48,370 nt of DNA from an uncultured Prevotellaceae bacterium (GTDB taxonomy: Bacteria; Bacteroidota; Bacteroidia; Bacteroidales; Bacteroidaceae): positions 1-48,370 of the forward strand of contig CADCPZ010000211.1 in assembly GCA_902803475.1 (NCBI GenBank), in the 5' to 3' direction. The notes under the pieces are model-generated. The model had not been told where the DNA came from. It saw only the letters and a program-made list of their open reading frames with translations, and did no database searches. Below are positions 9,291 through 20,013 of this stretch, piece by piece. Both the position numbers and the translations under genes were made by a program. Numbering within the stretch: the first letter of the stretch is position 1; the number at the start of each line of letters is the position of its first letter.

Positions 9291-9809
9291 ATGATCAATT
9301 ACGATTTGAAAAGAATACGAGCTATCGTTTTCGATATAGACGGCGTGTTGTCGCAAAGTACCATCCCGATGGATGCAAATGGTGAGCCGTTGCGTACCGT
9401 GAATATCAAAGACGGTTATGCGATGCAGCTTGCTGTGAAGGTGGGATTGCGTATTGCGATCATCACCGGCGGTTATGATGAATCCGTCCGTTTTCGCTAT
9501 GAACGGTTGGGAGTACAGGATATTTACCTGAAAAGCTCCGTCAAGGTGAAGGCATGGGATGATTTCCTGCAGAAATATGGCCTTCACAGCGATGAAGTGC
9601 TGTATATGGGTGATGATATTCCTGATTATGAGGTGATGCAACGTGCTGGATGCCCATGCTGTCCGGCTGACGCATGTGAAGAGATAAAGAACATTTCTAT
9701 CTATATCAGTCAGCGTGAAGGTGGAAAAGGCTGTGGACGCGATGTCATCGAACAAGTGCTGAAGGCGCAAGGTTTGTGGATGAAAGACAAGCATGCTTTT
9801 GGCTGGTAA
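9291..9809 (+). CDS. kdsC: KDO 8-phosphate phosphatase (HAD IIIA)
   Basis: [36 protein letters not shown]. Confidence 0.85.
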   Translation: MINYDLKRIRAIVFDIDGVLSQSTIPMDANGEPLRTVNIKDGYAMQLAVKVGLRIAIITGGYDESVRFRYERLGVQDIYLKSSVKVKAWDDFLQKYGLHSDEVLYMGDDIPDYEVMQRAGCPCCPADACEEIKNISIYISQREGGKGCGRDVIEQVLKAQGLWMKDKHAFGW

Positions 9810-9810
9810 T

Positions 9811-9900
9811 GGTTAAAGAGCCTCCCCCCAGCCCCCTCCTGAAGGAGAGGGAGTATTGTCGAAGGTTAAAGGTTAAAGGTTAAAGTTGAGAGTTTAGAGT
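9811..9900. repeat. REP-like C-rich/G-rich hairpin plus heptamer tandem repeats
   Basis: CCTCCCCCCAGCCCCCTCCTGAAGGAGAGGGAG at 9821-9853; AAGGTTA x3 at 9862-9882 plus two degenerate units. Confidence 0.65.
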
Positions 9901-9901
9901 A

Positions 9902-10474
9902 ATGAAAATCATATTGGCAAGTCATTCTCCTCGTCGTCAGGAACTGCTTGCGGGCTTGGATTTAGAATTTGAAGTAAAGGTGTTGCCTGATATTCCAGAA
10001 GATTATCCAACGGATATACCGACAGACAAAATCGCCGAATTTATCGCTGTTGAGAAAGCAGAACCCTATCTTCCTTTACTGCAAGCCGACGAATTGGTTA
10101 TTACTGCTGATACGGTCGTCATTGTGGATGGTATCGTCTTGGGGAAGCCCACCGATGAAACCGATGCAAAACGAATGCTTCAGCTGATTAGCGGACGAAC
10201 CCACCAGGTGGTAACGGGTGTTTGTCTGACGACTAAAGACCGACAGCGCCATTTCTCCGTTTTGACCGATGTAACGTTCAAGCAACTATCCCCTGAAGAG
10301 ATAGATTATTATGTACAGACTTATCGGCCATTTGACAAGGCTGGGGCCTACGGAATACAAGAATGGATCGGGTATGTGGGTGTGTCATCCATTCGCGGAA
10401 GTTATTTCAATGTAATGGGTTTACCAGTACAACGTATTTGGAACGAATTACAAACCTTTTGCTGTAAGAATTAG
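9902..10474 (+). CDS. maf: Maf-family nucleoside triphosphate pyrophosphatase
   Basis: ILASHSPRRQELL, ADTVV, LGKP, DKAGAYGIQ, NVMGLP. Confidence 0.92.
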   Translation: MKIILASHSPRRQELLAGLDLEFEVKVLPDIPEDYPTDIPTDKIAEFIAVEKAEPYLPLLQADELVITADTVVIVDGIVLGKPTDETDAKRMLQLISGRTHQVVTGVCLTTKDRQRHFSVLTDVTFKQLSPEEIDYYVQTYRPFDKAGAYGIQEWIGYVGVSSIRGSYFNVMGLPVQRIWNELQTFCCKN

Positions 10475-10554
10475 TCAAATTACAACATAAATTGCTCGTA
10501 ATGTTATTATAGCGTAAATTTATCGTATTTTTTTGATAAAAAAAGTGGTGAAAA

Positions 10555-10586
10555 TTTGCGAAATATTTTTTTTTATTGTATATTTG
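10555..10586 (+). promoter_or_regulatory. sigma-A promoter of the AraC-DPP III operon
   Basis: TTTG 10555-10558, 20-nt spacer, TATATTTG 10579-10586. Confidence 0.7.
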
Positions 10587-10614
10587 CAAGCGAACAAATA
10601 AATTTACCACGAAG

Positions 10615-11085
10615 ATGGCAAAGTACAACATTACAGAGAAAAAAGAAAAAGAGGCTGCTTACAGAAGTCTTGTTAGTCCACAACTGATGGATGAAATGAA
10701 GAAAAAGATCCTTGATATTATGCTGATTCAGCAGAAATACAAGGATAAAGACTACTCTGCAAAGCAATTGGCAGAAGACCTCGGCACAAACACCCGTTAC
10801 ATCTCTGCAGTGGTGAATGTAAAATTCCACATGAACTACACCTCTTTCGTGAACAAGTTCCGTATTGAAGAAGCGATGGCCATATTGGTTGACAAACGCT
10901 ATCAGGACCTCAATATGGAAGACATTAGTGCAATGGTTGGTTTTGCAAATCGCCAATCTTTTTACGCATCATTTTATCGAATCAATGGAATTACTCCGCG
11001 TGACTACAAGATGAAACATTTAGCTCAGCATCCATTGAAGGCAAAAAAGAAGGATGACAAAAGAAAATCTTCAACCAAAGCATGA
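10615..11085 (+). CDS. AraC-type HTH protein (DNA-binding domain only)
   Basis: LAEDLGTNTRYISAVVN and ISAMVGFANRQSFYASF..GITP double HTH. Confidence 0.85.
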   Translation: MAKYNITEKKEKEAAYRSLVSPQLMDEMKKKILDIMLIQQKYKDKDYSAKQLAEDLGTNTRYISAVVNVKFHMNYTSFVNKFRIEEAMAILVDKRYQDLNMEDISAMVGFANRQSFYASFYRINGITPRDYKMKHLAQHPLKAKKKDDKRKSSTKA

Positions 11086-13063
11086 CGACAACTTTAACTA
11101 TTCGGACGAACGTTTTTCTGACATTCAGTTATTACGGTATCGTCTGAATGGTTATGAAAGTCTTTCCGCACGTCAACGCACTTTGTTGTATTATTTGTCG
11201 GAAGCTACCCTCTGCGGTAGAGACATCACATTTGACCAGTTTTGTAAATACAATCTCCGAATCAGAAAGATGTTGGAGGCTGTCTATGTGAACGAAAGAA
11301 AACATTCTTCGTCAGATTCGGAATTTCGTGCACTTGAGGTTTATCTGAAAAGGGTGTGGTTCTCTAACGGCATCCATCACCATTATGGCTGTGAGAAATT
11401 TCAGCCAGCATTCAGCGAACAATACTTGCATCGGTGTTTGAGCACTTGTCCGCCAGCATCTCTTCCATTCAGAAAAGGTGAAAGTCTTGAGGACTTGGAA
11501 AAGGAGTTGTTTCCTGTGATTTTTAATCCCGATGTATTGCCCAAACGCGTCAACAAAGCTGATGGCGTTGATTTGATACAAACCTCTGCCTGCAATTATT
11601 ACGAACATGTTACCCAACAAGAAGTAGAAACTTTCTATGCCCAGCAGAAACAATCTTATGAACAAGAGGCTGCGGGTAGGGGAGAGAATCCGAAGGAACC
11701 ACCATCTTTTGGATTAAACACCACATCGGTGAAGGAACAAGGGACGCTTCAAGAGGTTGTTTGGAAAGCTGACGGCAAATATGGACCCGCCATTCAGAAG
11801 ATTATTTATTGGTTGGAGAAAGCGATGACTGTTGCCGAAAGTGATCGTCAACGTGAAGTAATCCGTTTGCTGATAGACTATTATCGGTCAGGAGACTTGA
11901 AAGATTTCGACCATTATTCTATTGAATGGGTAAAGGATACTGACGGACGAATCGATTTTGTCAATGGTTTCATCGAGGTGTATGGTGATCCTTTGGGATT
12001 GAAGGCATCTTGGGAAGGAATAGTTGAATACAAAGACTTGGAAGCCACCAAGCGTACACAAGCCATCAGCCAACAGGCTCAGTGGTTTGAAGACCATAGT
12101 CCGGTTGATCCGCGTTTTCGTAAACCACAAGTCAAAGGCGTGACGGCCAATGCCGTTTGTGCCGCTATGTTGGGAGGTGATGAATATCCTTCTACCGCCA
12201 TCGGTATCAATTTGCCAAATGCTGACTGGATTCGGGCACATTATGGCAGCAAGAGTGTAACGATTACCAATTTGACACAAGCCTATGATGAAGCTGCGAA
12301 AGGAAACGGTTTCCGCGAGGAGTTTATCATTGATGCTGAAACGCTGGAAATGGTAAACAAATGGAGTAATCTCTGTGATGACTTGCACACCGACTTGCAC
12401 GAATGTCTTGGTCACGGTAGCGGTCGATTGCTTCCTGGTGTTGATCCAGATGCACTAAAGAACTATGGGAATACAATAGAAGAGGCACGTGCCGATTTGT
12501 TCGGTTTGTACTATATTGCAGATGAGAAAATGCTGGAATTAGGGTTGTTGCCTGATACACAAGCTTACCAGTCTCAATACTATACCTATCTGCTAAATGG
12601 CTTGATGACCCAGTTGGTGCGCATTCAGAAAGGAAATCATATCGAAGAGGCCCACATGCGTAACCGCGCTTTGATTTCTCATTGGGTGTTAGATCACTCA
12701 AAAGGCATCGTGGAGTTGGTAAATATACAAGGGAAAGGTACTTGCGTACGCATCAATGATTATCCGGCATTGCGCGGACTATTTGCCCGCTTGCTGGCTG
12801 AAATACAACGCATCAAGAGCGAAGGTGACTATGAGGCTGCACGTCATCTGGTTGAGACCTATGCTGTACGGGTGGATCCCGTGCTGCACGAAGAAGTGCT
12901 TTGCCGATACCAGAAGTTGGATTTGGCTCCTTATAAAGGCTTTATCAATCCTGTTATGAAACCCATCTATGCAGGTAATGAAATCGTTGATATTGAATTG
13001 GACTATACGGAATCTTATACGGAACAGATGTTGCGATATGGGAGAGAGTATGGGTTTTTGTAA
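11054..13063 (+). CDS. Dipeptidyl peptidase III (peptidase M49)
   Basis: HECLGH zinc motif, EEARAD, GFIEVYGDP, GINLPN, EAHMRNR. Confidence 0.92.
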   Translation: MTKENLQPKHDDNFNYSDERFSDIQLLRYRLNGYESLSARQRTLLYYLSEATLCGRDITFDQFCKYNLRIRKMLEAVYVNERKHSSSDSEFRALEVYLKRVWFSNGIHHHYGCEKFQPAFSEQYLHRCLSTCPPASLPFRKGESLEDLEKELFPVIFNPDVLPKRVNKADGVDLIQTSACNYYEHVTQQEVETFYAQQKQSYEQEAAGRGENPKEPPSFGLNTTSVKEQGTLQEVVWKADGKYGPAIQKIIYWLEKAMTVAESDRQREVIRLLIDYYRSGDLKDFDHYSIEWVKDTDGRIDFVNGFIEVYGDPLGLKASWEGIVEYKDLEATKRTQAISQQAQWFEDHSPVDPRFRKPQVKGVTANAVCAAMLGGDEYPSTAIGINLPNADWIRAHYGSKSVTITNLTQAYDEAAKGNGFREEFIIDAETLEMVNKWSNLCDDLHTDLHECLGHGSGRLLPGVDPDALKNYGNTIEEARADLFGLYYIADEKMLELGLLPDTQAYQSQYYTYLLNGLMTQLVRIQKGNHIEEAHMRNRALISHWVLDHSKGIVELVNIQGKGTCVRINDYPALRGLFARLLAEIQRIKSEGDYEAARHLVETYAVRVDPVLHEEVLCRYQKLDLAPYKGFINPVMKPIYAGNEIVDIELDYTESYTEQMLRYGREYGFL

Positions 13064-13104
13064 GGAGAGAAGGAGTAAGGAGAGAAGGAGTAAGGAGTAA
13101 GGAG
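13061..13104. repeat. Purine-rich tandem repeat
   Basis: TAAGGAGAGAAGGAG x2 followed by TAAGGAG x2, filling the intergenic gap. Confidence 0.8.
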
Positions 13105-13107
13105 AAT

Positions 13108-13716
13108 ATGACAACAGAAGAGAAAGTCAAGGAAATCAAACAGTCGTTCCGTTTGCTGATGAATGGCGTTTCTTCGCATTCGATGCGCGAGAAAGGTTTG
13201 GATTATCATCTGAACTGGGGAGTTTCACTACCACATCTGCAAGAAATGGCTTTGGAATACGAGAAAGACTACGCTTTGGCAATAGCCTTGTGGAAGGAAG
13301 ATATCAGAGAATGTAAGATTCTTGCTACGCTGTTGATGCCTGTTGATCAGATGCCTACAGAGGTTGCGGAAATATGGATGGATCAGATTCGATCACAAGA
13401 AATGGCCGAGATGTGTGCCTTTCATTTGTTTCAATACTTAGATGATGCCCCGATGTTGGCTTTCCGATGGATTGCATCCGAACGGGATTTGAAGCAGATT
13501 TGTGGTTGTCATGTGCTTGCTCGTCTGTTTTCACGCGGTTTGGAACCCGATGAGCGTGGCATCAACGAATTTCTTGATCAGGTCTCGATGATGATGAGTT
13601 CCGCCTCGCTTCCCGTTAAACATGCAGCAATGAACTGTCTGAATCACTTCTGTGAACTGGGTGAAGACTATGAATTAATCGCACAGAAAGCCCTGAGGAA
13701 TTTGGAGTTGTTTTAG
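13108..13716 (+). CDS. DNA alkylation repair protein (AlkD-like HEAT repeat)
   Basis: MNG..S.SMREKG..Y..NWGV.LP.L, LA..LWKEDIRECKILA. Confidence 0.8.
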   Translation: MTTEEKVKEIKQSFRLLMNGVSSHSMREKGLDYHLNWGVSLPHLQEMALEYEKDYALAIALWKEDIRECKILATLLMPVDQMPTEVAEIWMDQIRSQEMAEMCAFHLFQYLDDAPMLAFRWIASERDLKQICGCHVLARLFSRGLEPDERGINEFLDQVSMMMSSASLPVKHAAMNCLNHFCELGEDYELIAQKALRNLELF

Positions 13717-13742
13717 CGTTTAACGTTTTTTCAAATCCCCAG

Positions 13743-13775
13743 TTTGCTTTTTTTGCAAGAAAATACTTACCTTTG
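13743..13775 (+). promoter_or_regulatory. sigma-A promoter of fur-purA-hisS
   Basis: TTTG 13743-13746, 21-nt spacer, TACCTTTG 13768-13775. Confidence 0.7.
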
Positions 13776-13833
13776 TGCGTCATTTGCGGCTTTACGTAAG
13801 AATATACGCAATGACAGCTTCGAAAGTAAGTCA

Positions 13834-14316
13834 ATGAAAGAATCGATAAAGATAAAGGCAAGGGAAGTTCTTACAGAATATACGGAATTAAACAAGCACC
13901 GTAAAACTCCTGAACGTTATGCTATTTTGGATGCTGTGTACAGCATGGACAAGCATTTTACGTTGGAGGAGTTGGGCGCTTATTTGGAGAAAAAGAACTT
14001 CCGTGTCAGTAGAGCAACACTTTACAACACCATGCGCTTGTTTATTACCTTGCGCTTAGTGGTACGCCATCGGTATATCGGCAGAACGGTTTATGAGGCA
14101 TGCTATGAAAACGGTGATCATTGCCATCAGGTGTGTACAATCTGTGGTAAGGTATTGGAAGTGAAAGACCCCCAAATCGAAGCAGTTATCAATAGTACCA
14201 AATTGAGCCGCTTCCGCAAAGATGGGTTTACTCTTTATATCTATGGAGTATGCACCACATGTCAACGACGTTTGTCGAGACTAATGAAAACAAAGAAAAA
14301 AACAACAGAAAAATAA
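13834..14316 (+). CDS. fur: Fur-family transcriptional repressor
   Basis: RKTPERYAIL, HF, VSRATLYNT, H.H..CTICG, YGVCTTC; lies upstream of purA. Confidence 0.85.
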   Translation: MKESIKIKAREVLTEYTELNKHRKTPERYAILDAVYSMDKHFTLEELGAYLEKKNFRVSRATLYNTMRLFITLRLVVRHRYIGRTVYEACYENGDHCHQVCTICGKVLEVKDPQIEAVINSTKLSRFRKDGFTLYIYGVCTTCQRRLSRLMKTKKKTTEK

Positions 14317-14324
14317 AATAGATT

Positions 14325-15605
14325 ATGAACACAGGTAAAGTTGACGTCCTGCTTGGTTTGCAGTGGGGCGATGAAGGTAAAGGAAAGGTTGTTGATGTTT
14401 TAACACCGCATTACGATGTAGTTGCTCGTTTTCAAGGAGGTCCTAATGCCGGACACACTTTGGAGTTTGAAGGTCAGAAGTATGTCCTTCGCAGCATACC
14501 GTCCGGAATCTTTCAAGGGGGAAAGGTGAATATCATCGGTAATGGTGTTGTGCTGGCTCCCGATCTGTTTATGAATGAAGCAAAAGAATTAGCGAAGAGC
14601 GGTCACGATTTGCGTCAACGCCTTCATATTTCAAAGAAAGCTCATCTCATTATGCCCACCCATCGTCTGCTTGATAAAGCATCCGAACTTGCAAAAGGCA
14701 AGGATAAGGTAGGTACAACAGGAAAAGGAATCGGTCCGACATATACCGATAAAGTATCTCGAAACGGTCTTCGCGTAGGTGATATTCTGGAGAATTTCGA
14801 GGAGAAATATGCTGCTCACAAAGCTCGCCACATGGCGATGCTCAAGGCTATGAACTTTGACGACTTCGAAGGCTTTGAAGAAACCGAGAGAGTTTGGTTG
14901 GAGGGTGTTGAATACATGAAGCAATTCCAGTTTGTTGACAGCGAACACGAGATTGGCAAACTGTTGAAAGACGGTAAGAGCATTCTATGCGAAGGTGCAC
15001 AGGGCACGTTGCTCGATATAGACTTTGGCAGCTATCCTTTTGTGACCTCCTCCAATACCATCTGTGCCGGAGCCTGTATCGGTTTAGGTATCGGTCCTAA
15101 TAAAATCGGTGAGGTGTTTGGTATCATGAAAGCTTACTGCACACGTGTTGGTTCTGGTCCTTTCCCAACAGAGCTGTTTGATGAAACGGGCAAAACTATT
15201 CGAGACCTCGGCCATGAGTATGGAGCCGTTACGGGTCGTGAACGTCGTTGTGGATGGATCGACTTGGTTGCTCTGCGTTATTCCATTATGGTCAATGGCG
15301 TTACACAACTTATCATGATGAAGAGTGATGTGCTCGACACGTTTGAGACCATTAAGGCTTGTGTAGCATACAAACGGAACAGCGAAACCATCAAGGATTT
15401 CCCATATAGTATAGACAACGGCATAGAACCAGTGTATGTGGAGATGCCTGGTTGGAAAACCGATATGACGAAGTTCACCTCTGAGGAGCAGTTCCCTGAG
15501 GCTTTCAACAATTATGTTAAATTCCTAGAAGAACAACTGGAAACACCTATTACGATTATCTCTATCGGTCCTGACCGTGACCAGACGATTGTAAGAACAA
15601 AGTGA
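14325..15605 (+). CDS. purA: Adenylosuccinate synthetase
   Basis: GLQWGDEGKGK, GGPNAGHT, EGAQG, TRVGSGPFPTE, GAVTGRERRCGW. Confidence 0.98.
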   Translation: MNTGKVDVLLGLQWGDEGKGKVVDVLTPHYDVVARFQGGPNAGHTLEFEGQKYVLRSIPSGIFQGGKVNIIGNGVVLAPDLFMNEAKELAKSGHDLRQRLHISKKAHLIMPTHRLLDKASELAKGKDKVGTTGKGIGPTYTDKVSRNGLRVGDILENFEEKYAAHKARHMAMLKAMNFDDFEGFEETERVWLEGVEYMKQFQFVDSEHEIGKLLKDGKSILCEGAQGTLLDIDFGSYPFVTSSNTICAGACIGLGIGPNKIGEVFGIMKAYCTRVGSGPFPTELFDETGKTIRDLGHEYGAVTGRERRCGWIDLVALRYSIMVNGVTQLIMMKSDVLDTFETIKACVAYKRNSETIKDFPYSIDNGIEPVYVEMPGWKTDMTKFTSEEQFPEAFNNYVKFLEEQLETPITIISIGPDRDQTIVRTK

Positions 15606-15635
15606 AAAGGGGATACAGTGAAAGAATAAATACTT

Positions 15636-16997
15636 ATGGCACAGAAACCCAATATTCCCAAAGGAACGCGCGACTTCTCACCTGTTGAGATGGCCAAGCG
15701 TAACTATATTTTCAATACCATTCGCGAGGTGTATGCGCTCTATGGCTTTGAGCAGATAGAAACCCCTGCGATGGAAACTCTTCAGACCCTAATGGGTAAG
15801 TATGGAGAGGAAGGCGATAAACTGTTGTTTAAGGTCTTAAACTCTGGCGATTATCTCACCAAGATTAGTGATGAGGAATTGACGGAACGCAATTCACTGC
15901 GTTTGGCAAGCCGTTTGTGTGAGAAAGGTTTGCGTTACGACCTGACGGTTCCCTTTGCCCGCTATGTGGTGATGCATCGCGAGGAACTGCAGTTACCTTT
16001 TAAGCGTTATCAAATACAACCAGTTTGGCGTGCCGACCGTCCTCAGAAAGGTCGTTATCGTGAGTTTTATCAATGTGATGCTGATGTGGTTGGCAGTAAC
16101 TCGCTGCTGAACGAGGTGGAGTTAATGCAGATTATCGATACCGTCTTTACCCGTTTTGGCATCCGTGTACAGATCAAAATCAATAATCGTAAAATTTTGA
16201 CGGGTATTGCGGAAGTGATAGGTGAGGCAGATAAAATTGTTGACATTACGGTGGCGATTGACAAGCTTGACAAGATAGGTCTGGAGAATGTCAACGCAGA
16301 ATTGAAAGAAAATGGATTGGGTGATGAAGCCATTGAGAAGTTGCAACCCATTATCACGTTGACAGGTTCCAATGAGGAAAAACTGAATATTATCTCACAG
16401 GTCCTCAGTAGTTCGGAAATCGGACTGAAAGGTGTTGAAGAGATTCGGTTTATATTGGATATGTTGAAAACAACAGGTTTGAACAACGAGATTCAACTCG
16501 ACCTGACACTGGCTCGCGGCTTAAACTATTATACAGGTGCTATCTTCGAAGTGAAGGCTCTCGATACTCCGATGGGTAGTATTACCGGTGGTGGTAGATA
16601 CGATAACCTGACAGGTATTTTCGGTATGCCAGGATTGAGCGGTGTCGGCATATCTTTTGGTGCAGACAGAATTTATGATGTGTTAAACACGCTCGATCTT
16701 TATCCAAAAGAAGCAGTCAACGGAACCAGATTGCTTTTCATCAACTTTGGCGAAAAAGAAACCGCATATTGTCTCTCGGCTGTTGCTCAAGCACGTGCTC
16801 ATGGTATTCGTACAGAGATGTATCCTGACAGTATGAAGATGAAAAAACAGATGAGTTATGCGAATGCGAAAGCAATACCATTTGTAGCTCTTGCTGGTGA
16901 AAATGAGATAGCTGAAGGAAAGTTCACATTAAAGAATATGCAGACAGGTGAACAGCAGTTGGTTACGATTGACGAACTAATCAGTATTGTAAAATGA
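15636..16997 (+). CDS. hisS: Histidine--tRNA ligase
   Basis: [51 protein letters not shown]. Confidence 0.98.
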   Translation: MAQKPNIPKGTRDFSPVEMAKRNYIFNTIREVYALYGFEQIETPAMETLQTLMGKYGEEGDKLLFKVLNSGDYLTKISDEELTERNSLRLASRLCEKGLRYDLTVPFARYVVMHREELQLPFKRYQIQPVWRADRPQKGRYREFYQCDADVVGSNSLLNEVELMQIIDTVFTRFGIRVQIKINNRKILTGIAEVIGEADKIVDITVAIDKLDKIGLENVNAELKENGLGDEAIEKLQPIITLTGSNEEKLNIISQVLSSSEIGLKGVEEIRFILDMLKTTGLNNEIQLDLTLARGLNYYTGAIFEVKALDTPMGSITGGGRYDNLTGIFGMPGLSGVGISFGADRIYDVLNTLDLYPKEAVNGTRLLFINFGEKETAYCLSAVAQARAHGIRTEMYPDSMKMKKQMSYANAKAIPFVALAGENEIAEGKFTLKNMQTGEQQLVTIDELISIVK

Positions 16998-17989
16998 AGA
17001 AAATAATCTTAACGGCTTTTTCTGCTATTCTGGTGTTGTTGGCAATGACATCAGCCACTAAGCGTCCTGTCACCTTATTTATTATAGGCGACTCAACAGC
17101 TGCCAATAAAGACATTAGTAACGATAAGCAGGAACGCGGTTGGGGGATGGAGTTGCAAGGGTTCTTCACAGATAAGGTCCTGGTGGAGAATCATGCCGTT
17201 AACGGACGCTCCAGCAAAAGTTTTATCGATGAGGGACGCTGGCAGACAGTTCTCCAGCGTATTCAGCCTGGCGACTACGTTTTCATTCAATTCGGACATA
17301 ATGATGAGAAACCTCAGGAAGCCCGCCACACCGATCCTGGAACCACATTTGATGCAAATCTTCGCAAGTTTGTCATTGAGACCAAAGAGAAAGGTGGTAT
17401 TCCTGTTTTATTGAATGCTGTTGTTCGTCGAAATTTCTATTTGAAACCAGAGAAACAGGATGATGATGAGTTGCTTCGAAATACGACATATAAAGGTGAA
17501 AAGGTGAATAGCGATACGTTGGTTGATACGCATGGAGCCTATATCCTTTCCCCACGTCACGTTGCAGAGGAAACAGGAACTGTATTCATTGATGCTAACC
17601 GCATTACCCACGATATTGAACAAAGTTTAGGTGTAGAAGGAAGTCGCAAACTACACATGTGGTTCAAGCCTGGTGAACATCCATCGTTGCCTGATGGCCG
17701 TCAGGACAACACTCACTACAATGTTTATGGTGCTCATGTGGTAGCAGCTGCGATATCAAAAGCTATTGCTCAAGCTATTCCTGCACTTGCTAAATATGTG
17801 CGCCATTATGACTATATTGTTGCCGATAACGGAACGGGTAACTTTATGACTCCTGAAGCGGCAATCGACGCGGTACCTGCAGGACAGAAGACTAAAGTCC
17901 TCATCTTACATGGTTCGTTCAAGAAACCAGCAGTTCCGAAGAACAAAAAGATAAAGTTCGTTTTCTGGAATGATACAAGATGGAAATAG
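16994..17989 (+). CDS. Rhamnogalacturonan/pectin acetylesterase (CE12, SGNH)
   Basis: Signal peptide, [27 protein letters not shown]-terminal ~55 aa resemble the start of a pectinesterase domain. Confidence 0.88.
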   Translation: MKKIILTAFSAILVLLAMTSATKRPVTLFIIGDSTAANKDISNDKQERGWGMELQGFFTDKVLVENHAVNGRSSKSFIDEGRWQTVLQRIQPGDYVFIQFGHNDEKPQEARHTDPGTTFDANLRKFVIETKEKGGIPVLLNAVVRRNFYLKPEKQDDDELLRNTTYKGEKVNSDTLVDTHGAYILSPRHVAEETGTVFIDANRITHDIEQSLGVEGSRKLHMWFKPGEHPSLPDGRQDNTHYNVYGAHVVAAAISKAIAQAIPALAKYVRHYDYIVADNGTGNFMTPEAAIDAVPAGQKTKVLILHGSFKKPAVPKNKKIKFVFWNDTRWK

Positions 17990-18005
17990 ATTGAAAATCA
18001 GGAAT

Positions 18006-18887
18006 TTAATAGTTTCTTTCCAATTTCAGACAGCACCAGTTGCTGTCTGTTTTTCGTCCTGTTTCATGCAAATCAAGCGAAATAGCTTTTTCCAATAGGA
18101 TAGGGGCATCTTCTTCATAGAAACCGCTGAGAATCAATATACCCTGTGGAGACATCACGCTGACAAATGATTCCATATCTGCCAACAGAATATTGCGGTT
18201 GATATTGGCAAGGACAACATCGAAGTTATCGCAGGTATGTGACAGAATACTTGCATCCCCTTCACAAACTTGTATATCAACCTGGTTGAGATGGGCATTG
18301 TGTATCGTATTTCGTACGCTCCAATCATCAATATCGTAAGCCACAACCTTTTTTGCACCAAGTTTGGCTGATACGATGCCGAGAATACCGGTTCCGCATC
18401 CGCAGTCGAGCACGCATTTGTCTGACATCATGATATGAAATAATGTAGAAATAATCATGCGAGTCGTTTCATGCGTACCTGTTCCGAAAGCTTGTTTTGC
18501 CTCGATGGGAATCATGAGGGGTGATTTGTTCTTTGAATCAGACAAAGTATCGTGAAGGACATCCGGTTCAGAATGGCGTGCGTCATAGATGATGCACTTC
18601 CCATCGATGTCAATAGGAGCGAATCCTTCATTTTCCCAAACTTCATTCCAGTTCTTATCTTCAGCATCTGTTACAGTGAAACCAACCGACACATCAGGCA
18701 TCGGAAAAATGTTGAGCAATTCTCTGAGCATTGATGTATCCAACAAGTCTGTTTGTGCATAAGCATAGAGTTGCTCTTCAAGTTCTTCAAATGATTCGCA
18801 TCCGGCTTCTGCAGCAAGTGCAGCAGTCAAGTCTGCAGCAGTTTGCGACCAGGGCTGAATTTGAAAAATTACCTTCTTATACTTCAT
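18006..18887 (-). CDS. prmA: Ribosomal protein L11 methyltransferase
   Basis: NWNEVWE, AFGTGTHETT, VLDCGCGTGIL, LANINRNIL, LILSGFY. Confidence 0.95.
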   Translation of the reverse strand: MKYKKVIFQIQPWSQTAADLTAALAAEAGCESFEELEEQLYAYAQTDLLDTSMLRELLNIFPMPDVSVGFTVTDAEDKNWNEVWENEGFAPIDIDGKCIIYDARHSEPDVLHDTLSDSKNKSPLMIPIEAKQAFGTGTHETTRMIISTLFHIMMSDKCVLDCGCGTGILGIVSAKLGAKKVVAYDIDDWSVRNTIHNAHLNQVDIQVCEGDASILSHTCDNFDVVLANINRNILLADMESFVSVMSPQGILILSGFYEEDAPILLEKAISLDLHETGRKTDSNWCCLKLERNY

Positions 18888-19035
18888 CTCAATGTTAATT
18901 TTCAGTGCAAAAGTAAAAAAAATAGGGAAATTCCTACCATAGTTTAGGGTTTTTCCGTATTTTTGCACATAGAGTTGATGTAATTTTGCACATGTGAAGA
19001 TATAAATGATAGAAAACTAACAAAATATACGTAAT

Positions 19036-19983
19036 ATGAAAAGGTACATTCTATTATCCCTCTTAGCAGGATGGTTCTTCGGAAGCATGTCAGCACAGGA
19101 TGATATGTATTTTGCTCCGAAGAAAGACTCGAAAGTTGCTAAAAGTAAAGTGGAGAGCATCGATAGTGATGACAACACTTACTATAGCGGCAGCACACGC
19201 GATGTGGATGAGTACAATCGGTATGGTAAGTACAATTCTTACTACCAAACTTTGGGAACCGACTCTTTAGGCGATGATATCATCGATTTCCAGGCTGGAA
19301 ATGGTATCTATGGAGAAGATGCAGCAGCAAAAGATACAATCTTCGTTCGCGTCATCGATGAAGACTATGCCTGCAGTCGTATGTTGAGCCGTTGGGACGG
19401 GTACTGGTGGTACGATCCTTGGTTCTATGGTACCTGGTATTCTCCCTATTGGCGTTCACGCTATTGGTATGCAGGCTGGTACGGTTGGTATGATCCTTGG
19501 TACTATGGTTGGTATGATCCTTGGTATTATGGCTGGTATAGACCTTGGTACTATGGTTATTATCCTCACCGTGTGGGATATGCCTACAGAGGACACACAG
19601 GCACATTGGGCTATTATGATCGCGGCAACTATTATGGACACAACAACCATCATGGCAGAAATGGCGGTCGCCCCGATGGTCGTCCTGGCAGTGTAAACAG
19701 ACATTCAGGTAGTACCAGCAATAGTGGTTATTACGGACGTGGAAACACCAACTTCGGATCAAAGCGTTCTACAACTACTACAAGCCCGTCGAATTCTACC
19801 CGTAGCTTTGGTAATTCCTCTTATAACCGCAGTACCTCATCGTTTGGAGGAAGTCGTGGTGGCTCCTTTGGCGGAGGAAGTCGTGGTGGTGGCTCTTTTG
19901 GAGGTGGCGGCGGTAGCCGCGGAGGCTCCTTCGGAGGTGGAGGTGGCAGCCGTGGTGGTGGCTCCTTCGGTGGAAGACGATAA
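19036..19983 (+). CDS. Secreted low-complexity protein (Trp/Tyr repeats, Gly/Ser/Arg tail)
   Basis: Signal peptide + QDDMYF, RDVDEYNR, GWYDPWYY repeats, SRGGSFGGG repeats; upstream of the FadL-like gene. Confidence 0.8.
   Translation: MKRYILLSLLAGWFFGSMSAQDDMYFAPKKDSKVAKSKVESIDSDDNTYYSGSTRDVDEYNRYGKYNSYYQTLGTDSLGDDIIDFQAGNGIYGEDAAAKDTIFVRVIDEDYACSRMLSRWDGYWWYDPWFYGTWYSPYWRSRYWYAGWYGWYDPWYYGWYDPWYYGWYRPWYYGYYPHRVGYAYRGHTGTLGYYDRGNYYGHNNHHGRNGGRPDGRPGSVNRHSGSTSNSGYYGRGNTNFGSKRSTTTTSPSNSTRSFGNSSYNRSTSSFGGSRGGSFGGGSRGGGSFGGGGGSRGGSFGGGGGSRGGGSFGGRR
19483..19554 (+). repeat. 24-bp coding tandem repeat x3 (GWYDPWYY)
   Basis: GGTTGGTATGATCCTTGGTACTAT and two variants. Confidence 0.85.
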
Positions 19984-20013
19984 CTTTTTATGAACATATA
20001 AATAATATCAGAT

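Noticed and set aside
19483-19980. Tandem repeats as a possible CRISPR array
   Set aside because: In-frame coding repeats without unique spacers; no cas genes in the window.
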